From an archaeon (GTDB lineage: Archaea > Iainarchaeota > Iainarchaeia > Iainarchaeales > JANQMZ01), in the NCBI GenBank assembly GCA_028279805.1, contig JANQMZ010000007.1, forward strand, positions 210,001 to 242,000: 32,000 nucleotides of DNA. The letters run 5' to 3'. The notes under the pieces are model-generated. The model did not search any database, was not told where the DNA came from, and was given only the letters and a program-made list of their open reading frames with translations. The position numbers were made by a program, and so were the translations under genes. Positions 6,576 through 13,790 of this stretch are shown here, one piece after another. Position 1 is the first letter of the stretch. Each line of letters starts with the position of its first letter.

Positions 6576-8061
6576 ATTCCAGCTGATCCTGCTGGCGAAC
6601 ACTGCTATTGAGATTCGATTAAGACATGCAAGTCTGAGAAACAAAGTTATGGTTGTTTCTGGCGAACGGCTCAGTAACACGTGGGTAATCTGCCCTTGGA
6701 AAGAATTAAACCCGGGAAACTGGGCATAATGTTCTATAGGCAAAATATTCTGGAATGATTTTTTGCTAAAAGGTTGTAACACCATGCTGTTACAATGTCC
6801 AAGGATGAGCCTGCGGTGGACTAGGTTGTTGGCGGGGTAACTGCCCACCAAGCCTTTGATCCATACGGGCCTTGAAAGAGGTGGCCCGGAGAAGGGAACT
6901 GAGATACGGTCCCTAGCCCCACGGGGTGCAGCAGTCGCGAAACCTTTACAATGCACGAAAGTGTGATAAGGGAATCTCAAGTGCTACTTTTTGTGGCTTT
7001 TGCCAACTTTAAAAAGGTTGGCGAATAAGTGGAGGGCAAGATACGTGCCAGCCGCCGCGGTAACACGTACTCCGCAAGTGGTGTTCACTAATATTGGGCC
7101 TAAAACGCCTGTAGCCTGTTCAAAAAGTTTTTGGTGAAATCGGCAAGCTCAACTTGTCGAAGTGCCAAAAATACTGTTGAACTCGAGACCGGGAGGTGTG
7201 AGAGGAATTTTCGGAGTAGCGGTGAAATGTTATGATCCCGAAAGGACCACCAGTAGCGAAGGCGTCTCACAAGAACGGTTCTGACGGTGAGAGACGAAAG
7301 CTGGGGGAGCGACCCGGATTAGATACCCGGTTAGTCCCAGCCGTAAACGATGTGGATTAGGTGTTCTGACACTGTAAAGTGCTGGAGCGCCACAGCGAAG
7401 GCGTTAAATCCACTGCCTGGGGAGTAAGGTCGCAAGGCCGAAACTTAATGGAATTGGCGGGGGCGCACTACAAGGGGTGGATGCTGCGGTTTAATTGGAT
7501 TCAACGCCAGACAACTCACCAGGGTTGACAGCACAATGATGGACAGTCTGAAGGGCTTTCCTGAGGCGCTGAGAGGTGTTGCATGGCCATCGTCAGCTCG
7601 TACTATGAAGCGTCCTGTTAACTCAGGCAACGAGCGAGACCCACGCCACTAGTTGCTATTCACCTATTAGGTGGAGCACTCTAGTGGGACTGCTTGCGTA
7701 AGTGAGAGGAAGGAGTGGGCCACGGTAGGTCTGTATGGCCCGAATGCCCTGGGCTACACGCGGCATACAATGGTTAAGACAATGAGTTTCGAGTCCGAAA
7801 GGACAAGGTAATCCCCTAAACTTAACCTCAGTCCGGATTGAGGGTTGCAACTCACCCTCATGAAGCTGGAATCCCCAGTAATCGCGTGTCATTATCGCGC
7901 GGTGAATAAGTCCCTGCGCCTTGCACACACTGCCCATCAAGCCAGCTGAATAGGGTTTGGATGAGCTGTTTTCATCTGAGGATATCAATTCCATGTCCTG
8001 TAAGGCGGGCTAAGTTGTAACAAGGTGTCCGTAGGGGAACCTGCGGACGGATCACCTCCTT
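6576..8061 (+). rRNA. rrs: 16S (SSU) rRNA, archaeal
   Basis: The 5' end is attccagctgatcctgctgg. The 515 region gtgccagccgccgcggtaa is at about 7044-7062. attagatacccggttagtcc is present, and the 3' end is ggatcacctcct (anti-SD). Length is about 1.49 kb with no insertion. The minus-strand ORFs here are spurious. Confidence 0.95.
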
Positions 8062-8074
8062 AATTTATCAGCAA

Positions 8075-8103
8075 AGCTGTACGAACCCAAAAAGTTCACA
8101 GGT
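8075..8103 (+). other. 3' arm of the 16S processing stem (BHB partner)
   Basis: See 6498-6526; the complementarity was read directly from the sequence. Confidence 0.8.
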
Positions 8104-8172
8104 AAAAATGGCTGAATATGAGTATTTAAAACATTTAAATGTTTTCAATCAAAAAGTTCTATAGTGTTTTAT

Positions 8173-8222
8173 GTGCTATCTTTAGATAGCACCTGAAGCG
8201 GAGTGTCCGTACGCAATCGGAC
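8173..8222 (+). repeat. Structured tRNA 5' leader module, copy B (hairpin GTGCTATC-TTTA-GATAGCAC, ctgaa, GCGGAGT, hairpin GTCCG-TACGCAAT-CGGAC)
   Basis: The module ends exactly at tRNA-Ala +1 (8223). It shares GCGGAGTnnCCGTACGCAATCGG with copy A at 735-757. Confidence 0.7.
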
Positions 8223-8295
8223 GGGCTCATAGCTCAGCTGGTAGAGCGCCGCCTTTGCAAGGCGGAGGCCACGGGTTCGATCCCCGTTGAGTCCA
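8223..8295 (+). tRNA. tRNA-Ala (anticodon UGC) in the 16S-23S spacer
   Basis: The acceptor is GGGCTCA/TGAGTCC with the G3:U70 identity pair. The anticodon stem is CCGCC/GGCGG with loop TTTGCAA (TGC). The T arm is ACGGG-TTCGATC-CCCGT. No CCA is encoded. Confidence 0.93.
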
Positions 8296-8318
8296 TGCCC
8301 GATGTTTCGGGCGGGAAC

Positions 8319-8360
8319 GTGTCATTTGCAATGACACTGGCACTTTGCGGAGTGCAAATT
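8319..8360 (+). repeat. Partial third copy of the leader module (hairpin GTGTCATT-TGCA-ATGACAC, 9-nt spacer, GCGGAGT, GCAAATT)
   Basis: It has the same GTG..CAT..ATG..CAC hairpin type and the GCGGAGT heptamer as copies A and B, but lacks the CCG-TACGCAAT-CGG hairpin. It lies 24 nt downstream of tRNA-Ala. Confidence 0.55.
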
Positions 8361-8579
8361 AGACTTAAATCCATTTTTTGGATTTATTGTTCCGTTTGGA
8401 ACTGCGGGTCTGTCGCTTTTGACGGACTTAAGTAATTGACGTATGTTTTTTTCAAAACAAGGTTTTGAAATTGTCACTGAAAGTGATATGTAAAGTGCGC
8501 TTGTAAAATAGCGCCGCAAAGCACAGCGTCGGTTTTGCATTGGTAGGCAAATTGGTCTATTAATTAGTCATTAATTCAG

Positions 8580-11561
8580 CGAGTACAAGAGTTAATACTA
8601 AGCCAGCTAGCGAATAACTTGGCTCAACCACCGATGACAGGCGTGGCAAGCTGCGATAAGCCATGGCGAGACGCATGCAGTCTTTGAACCATGGATTCCT
8701 TAATTATTCCGAAAGGAAGGGTAATGCGGTGAATTGAAGCATCTTAGTAACCGCAAGAAAAGAAATCGAATGAGATACCGTTATTATCAGCGAGAGAAAA
8801 CGGTTCAGGTCAAACCGAATCCTTCATTGCAAAATGTTGGAAATGTGGTGTGAGCAGTTTACATCCAAATTTATTAGAAGAAGTTTTCTGGAACGTAATG
8901 CCATAGAGGGTGAAAGCCCCGTATTTAAAATTTTGGAGGATGATTTTCTGTTTCAAGAGTAGCGTGCATTGGATATTGTGCGCAAACATGGGCATCTTTA
9001 ATGCCTAAACCTAAAAATGTGTTGAGTCCGATAGTGAACTAGTACTGTGAAGGAAAGTTGAAAAGCATCCCTGACGGGAGTTTAAAAGCGTTTGAAACTA
9101 GTTGGTGATTGGCTGATGCAGCGTGAAAGAAACGATTCTCTTAAAAGAAACTTTTTGAAAAATTGGAATCGATAAGAGATGATCAGCGTTGCATCGTTCG
9201 TCTTGAAACACGAGCGAGGGAGTTTGTTGTTGTGGCGAGATTAATTTCATTATGAAAGAAATCATAGCGAAAGCGAATAGTTCGCAGCTTCGGTGAGGAA
9301 CAAAGTATGTTCTGCTTTTAGTCACTGCAACAAGACCTGAAAACAGGTGATCTATTCTTGGGCAAGATGAAGCCCTCCTTCCGGGGGGTGGAGGTCTGAA
9401 CAGTAGCTAGTCTATCTGCACTGATGATCTGAGAATAGGCGTAATATGCGACTCGAACCTGTCGATAGCAGGCTCCTCTTAAAGTAGCTCTCAGGCTAGC
9501 CTGGTTGGAGAAGCCATATGGTGTAGAGATACTGATTAAAAAGTACTGGGGCGAGAGCCCTAGCTTTTTTGTCAAACTCCAAAGTCATATGGTTTGTAGA
9601 AAACCGGAGTAGGAGCATTCGGGTAAGCCGAATGTTCTTGAGGGGAACAACCCAGTCGTAGGTTAAGGCCCATAAACACCAGTTAAGTGTTAAACCGAAG
9701 GGTGTTCTTATGCTAAAACAGTAGGGAGGTTGGCTTAGAAGCAGCCATCCTTTAAAGAATGCGTAACAGCTCACCTACCTAGGATGAGAGCCCCAAAAAT
9801 AATCCGGGCTAAACTGGTTGCCGATACCTACGGGCACTCATTTTTTGAGTGGTTCAATAAAGAGGTATTCTGATGGAGTTAAAGCAAGGCAGTAATGTCT
9901 TGTGAATCTTTCAGAAAAATGGATCCTCGTGCTAGTATTAACTATTGAGCGGTGAGAATCCGCTCCCCCGAAAGGACAAGGGTTCCTTAGCGCTTATTAT
10001 AAGCTAAGGGTCAGTCGGCCCTAAGCATGTTCATAACTTGAAACATGCAAAAGGGAAACAGGTTCATATTCCTGTACTATTCAAATACGCTTTCGGCAAC
10101 GAATGGCTATTTTTTGACGCTTTGAGCTAGGAAAGTTTTCTTGTCTGAAAACTTAACAAGCATAGTTCTTTGGAGAACTGTCATTGTGAGAAAAAGAATA
10201 AAGCTTGGAATAGCCGCAAGGTTTTTCCGATGCTCATAGCCCTTGAAAAGAAAAATAGCAAGAATTTTGAATAACCGTACCGAGAACCGAGAAAGGTGTC
10301 CTGGCTTAGGAAGCCAAGGGGTATCAGGATAACAACGTTGAGGGAATTCGGCAAATTAGCCCTGTATCTTTGGTATAAGGGGTGCCTGTTTTGAAGAAAG
10401 CAGGTTTCAATAGCAAAGGGAGTCCGACTGTTTACTAAAAACACAGGTCCCTGCAAGTCTGTAAAGATGTGTATAGGGGCTGACTTCTGCTCACTGCCAG
10501 TACGTGAAACTCCGGTTCAATGGAATTAAGCGCTGGTAAAGAGCGGGCCTAACTCTGAGGCTCTTATGGTAGCGTAATACCTTGCCGGTTTATTGCCGGC
10601 TTGCACCAACGAAGTAACGAGATTCCCACTGTCCCCAACATTGGCCTGATGAACTCGCTGCCCGGTGAACATGCCGGGGACTTCCAACGGGAAGAGAAGA
10701 CCCCACGGAGGTTTACTACAGTCTGATGCTGTGATATAATTTTTGGAGTACAGTGTAGATGGGAGTAATCGAAATAATTTCGCTAGGAATTATGGATACA
10801 TCAATGGAACACCATCCTTCAAAAATTGTACCGCTTACTCGTAAGAGGACACCATCAGGTGGGTAGTTGGACTGGGGCGGTACGCCCCTGAAACAGTATC
10901 AGGGGCGCCCAAAGGTCTGCTCAGACGAGTCGGGAATTCGTCGTAGAGTGCAAGAGCAAAAGCAGGCTTGACCTTGTTTCACAAAGCAAGAAACGAGGAT
11001 TCGAAAGAACGGTCTAGCGAACGACAGTGTGCCTTTTAAAGGGGCCCTGTTCTGACAGTGAACTTACCCTGGGGGTAATTGTGTTGTCGTGGGTAAGAGT
11101 ACACATCGACCCCACGGTTTGCTGCTTCGCCGTCGTCTCATGGCATCCTGGGCGTGCATAAGCGCCCAAGGGTGGAGGTGTTAACTCATTAAAGCCGTAC
11201 GTTAGTTGGGTTGAGAACGGTGCGAGCCAGTTTTGATCCTATCTGTTGGAAGTGCAAGGTGACTGAGGGGAAGCTCCAATCAGTACGAGAGGAACGTTGG
11301 GTCGCAGCCACTGGTTTACCAGTTGTTTGACAAAGCATTGCTGGGTAGCTACGCTGTAACTGATAAGGGCTGAAAGCATCTAAGCTCGAAGCAGTCCCTG
11401 AAAAGAGTCACCTATGACTGAATATGTTTTTTCTGCGGAAAAAATATCTAAGTCCGAGAGTTCCCGTAAAAGACGGGTTTGATAGGCTGGAAGTGTAAGC
11501 TAAAAGCTTCGGCGATTAGTTAAGCTCACCAGTACTAAACACTTGAGTTGACTCTTGTACA
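8580..11561 (+). rRNA. rrl: 23S (LSU) rRNA, archaeal
   Basis: The 5' sequence gagtacaagagt (8580-8591) pairs with the 3' sequence actcttgtac (11551-11560) to form helix 1. Conserved stretches include ggcaagctgcgataagcc, the sarcin-ricin region agtacgagaggaac and ggataacaggctga-like regions. Length is about 2.98 kb. The flanking TTGGTCTA (8551-8558) and TAGACCAA (11589-11596) can extend a processing stem. The exact ends are uncertain by about 10 nt. Confidence 0.93.
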
Positions 11562-11627
11562 AAGAACAGTGAGTTTGTGGCAAATTGGTAGACCAAGCCT
11601 ACAACCAATGCATGTTTTTTATTTTTT

Positions 11628-12170
11628 TTGAATAATGTTGATTGCATGAGCAGATTAAGAGAATTAAAAAAAGCGAAAAATGAAACCAAAAACAATTCAA
11701 TGATTTGGCTGGTTGCCGGAATTGTTGTATTGCTTGGAATTGGAAGTGCTTTGTTTTTATTTAGTGGATCATCCAATTCCGGAAATTCTTCAGAATTGAA
11801 TACTGCCGGTTTAAGTTTTCCTTTGGTTAATGTTCACTGGCATGCCACTCCTATTGTAAATGTTTGCGGTGAAAACAAGCCAATTCCTGTTGCGCCTGTT
11901 ACTGACCATTTGTTGCACACTCATGAGGACAGATTAATTCATATTGAAGGCACTGTTAACAGCCCTGAACAAATTACTTTAGGCCGGTTTTTCGGTTTGG
12001 TTGGAGTTAAATTTTCTTCAACTCAGTTGTTGGATAAAACAAATGGCGATGTTTGTGAGAACACTGGACAGCCTGGAAAAGTTTCAATGACTGTTAATGG
12101 TGTTCCAAGTGAAGAGTTTGAAAACCATGTTGTAAGGCATGGTGAAACAATTATAGTAAGTTTTGATTAA
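11628..12170 (+). CDS. Membrane-anchored extracytoplasmic protein, conserved family of unknown function (HxH ... HTH(D/E) motifs)
   Basis: 180-aa ORF with one N-terminal TM (MIWLVAGIVVLLGIGSALFLF). The motifs are VHWHATPIVNVCGENKPIPV, LLHTHEDRLIHIEG, ITLGRFF and VNG...GETIIVSF. I recall this pattern from uncharacterised secreted proteins of bacteria and archaea. The true start may be the ATG at 11646. Confidence 0.7.
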   Translation: MNNVDCMSRLRELKKAKNETKNNSMIWLVAGIVVLLGIGSALFLFSGSSNSGNSSELNTAGLSFPLVNVHWHATPIVNVCGENKPIPVAPVTDHLLHTHEDRLIHIEGTVNSPEQITLGRFFGLVGVKFSSTQLLDKTNGDVCENTGQPGKVSMTVNGVPSEEFENHVVRHGETIIVSFD

Positions 12171-12208
12171 TCAATAAGCTTTTTATACTCTCAATGAGCA
12201 ATTATAAT

Positions 12209-12529
12209 GTAAGGTAGTGAAAGGGCAGTTAAGGAATTCTCTGAATTCTTAGGAAAGTCCACCCACTCGTTAAAAATCTCGCAAGAGAAATTCTCGAAAG
12301 GGAGTCCATTGGAACAGAAACGAACTCAGGCAAACTTTGACAATGATAAAAAATTGAGTTGTTTGTTTTTGGGATGAAACGGCTGATGGTTTGAGTGCAA
12401 GTCATTGAGACGCTTAGACGAATGCTGCCAAGATGTGCTTTGTCAAAAAAGCAGGAATCAACAACAGAATGATTCTCGGTTTTTGAAACCGTATCCTAAC
12501 AGAAGGTGGCTTACTCTTCACTGCCTTAC
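12209..12529 (+). ncRNA. rnpB: RNase P RNA (archaeal type A-like)
   Basis: The terminal helix P1 is GTAAGGTAGTGAA (12209-12221) paired with TTCACTGCCTTAC (12517-12529). A P3-like hairpin is aaggaattc-tctg-gaattctt. The CR-I element is aggaaagtcca. A gggatgaaacggc (CR-IV-like) element is present. The CR-V element is aacagaaggtggcttac. A run of seven T follows at 12531-12537. No ORF occupies the region. Confidence 0.85.
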
Positions 12530-12530
12530 A

Positions 12531-12537
12531 TTTTTTT
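12531..12537 (+). terminator. Oligo-T terminator after RNase P RNA
   Basis: A run of seven T lies 2 nt after the P1 3' strand. Confidence 0.55.
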
Positions 12538-12579
12538 GCTTTTTAAATGCGATAGGAATATATATGTGAAAAAGCAATA

Positions 12580-13476
12580 TTGTTTTCTATGGCTAGTGGA
12601 AGTTTTAAAAGAGGTGCTGCGATTCTTTCTCTCGTTGGCGCTTTGGCTGCATCTCCAGTGGTGGAAAGAACCGCTGTCAGGATGAATGCTCCGGCAATAA
12701 GAAAACAGGTTGATGTAACGCTTAAGAGGTCTGGTGAAAGAGCTGGTGTTAGATCATTTCAAAAGCGTGCTTCAGAAATGACTCAGTATGTTAAAAGAAG
12801 CAATCAGGCTCATAGACAAGGTAATGCCGGGCAAGCAGCCCAGTTTAGAAATCTGGCAGAAAAAAGAGCAGTCGAACTTTATGCTGATTCTGGATTTATT
12901 TTGAGAAAAAATCCAAGACTAAGAGATAGAATTATGGCAGATCCAGAAGGTTTTCCTTCTTCTACTTCTTCCACAAAGCGATCTGAACCAAAAAGCAAGC
13001 CGTATGATCCATTTTGGATGTTTGGCGGGGGAGTTATTGGTTTTCTTGTATTTTATTTTTTCTTTATTGACGGAGATAATGGATATTCAAGTACGCGAGA
13101 ATTAAGAGAAGAGACAGAAGAATTAAAAGAAAGAGAAAAAACTTCTTCTTCTGAACCGCCTCAGCCAGATCCTTTTGAAGAGGTGGTTAAAGAAACTAAA
13201 TCTGAATTAGAACAAGTGGAAAAAGCACTTGGTGAACATTATGTTTCTGCTTCGGGTTTGGAAAGATCTGAATTGAAAGCACTTTCTGAAAAAAAGGAAA
13301 GGCTTGAAGCCCGACTGCAATCATTAAGGGATGCTCAAAAAGTTGTCCAACAAGGGGGAAACCTTAAACAATTAATTACAGCTTTAGCTGAAAAAGGTGC
13401 AAGAAAAATGAAACATGAAGCTAGGGAAGCTCCAGGAGCGCCTAAAAGACAACCTAGAAGAAGACCGGGAAGATGA
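12580..13476 (+). CDS. Hypothetical membrane protein with coiled-coil C-terminal half and basic tail (298 aa)
   Basis: The ORF has an N-terminal hydrophobic segment (GAAILSLVGALAASPVV) and a central TM (WMFGGGVIGFLVFYFFFI). A Glu/Lys-rich, heptad-like region follows (ELEQVEKALGE...KKERLEARLQSLRDAQK). The C-terminus is PKRQPRRRPGR. I recognise no family. Confidence 0.65.
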   Translation: MFSMASGSFKRGAAILSLVGALAASPVVERTAVRMNAPAIRKQVDVTLKRSGERAGVRSFQKRASEMTQYVKRSNQAHRQGNAGQAAQFRNLAEKRAVELYADSGFILRKNPRLRDRIMADPEGFPSSTSSTKRSEPKSKPYDPFWMFGGGVIGFLVFYFFFIDGDNGYSSTRELREETEELKEREKTSSSEPPQPDPFEEVVKETKSELEQVEKALGEHYVSASGLERSELKALSEKKERLEARLQSLRDAQKVVQQGGNLKQLITALAEKGARKMKHEAREAPGAPKRQPRRRPGR

Positions 13477-13510
13477 CATTTTTAATCTTTTGTTTCTTTT
13501 TCTTTTTGTT

Positions 13511-13747
13511 ATGGTTAAAAGAAATGATTTGATTGCAGTTGCTTTTGTTGCATTGGTTTTGGCTGCGGTTGGTTATTTGTGGATGACTGATGGTTCTCAG
13601 CCAAAGCATGATTCTCATGGTTCTGATCACGGGCACGGAGAAGAACATGATGATGAGCACGGAACTCATGCTGATGATTCTCATGAGAATGAAACTGCTC
13701 ATGCTCAAAGTTTTTTTGAATTAAAACGCTTTAATCATGCTTTTTAA
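13511..13747 (+). CDS. Small membrane-anchored His/Asp/Glu-rich protein (78 aa)
   Basis: The ATG at 13511 gives MVKRNDLIAVAFVALVLAAVGYLWM (a TM anchor). This is followed by PKHDSHGSDHGHGEEHDDEHGTHADDSHENETAH, with 9 His in that stretch (10 in the whole protein). The track ORF start at 13415 overlaps the previous gene and adds a non-hydrophobic extension. Confidence 0.6.
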   Translation: MVKRNDLIAVAFVALVLAAVGYLWMTDGSQPKHDSHGSDHGHGEEHDDEHGTHADDSHENETAHAQSFFELKRFNHAF

Positions 13748-13790
13748 CCCAAGAAATGCTTTTAAAGCACTTTAACTATTTATTTCTAAC

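Noticed and set aside
6525-11776. About a dozen minus-strand ORFs of 61-151 aa in the ORF track (6525-6980, 7445-7630, 7656-7994, 8322-8540, 8810-8995, 9098-9325, 9318-9575, 9496-9774, 10181-10456, 11516-11776)
   Set aside because: They lie antisense within the 16S, spacer and 23S rRNA, whose identity is clear from conserved rRNA motifs. Their amino-acid composition is typical of random translation of structured RNA.
11562-12208. Expected 5S rRNA downstream of the 23S
   Set aside because: The region is occupied by a protein-coding ORF and then RNase P RNA. I found no 5S-like sequence or structure, so the 5S gene must lie elsewhere.
13415-13510. Long form of the His-rich ORF starting at 13415
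   Set aside because: It would overlap the preceding gene by 62 nt and add a charged, non-signal N-terminal extension. The ATG at 13511 gives a clean N-terminal TM anchor.
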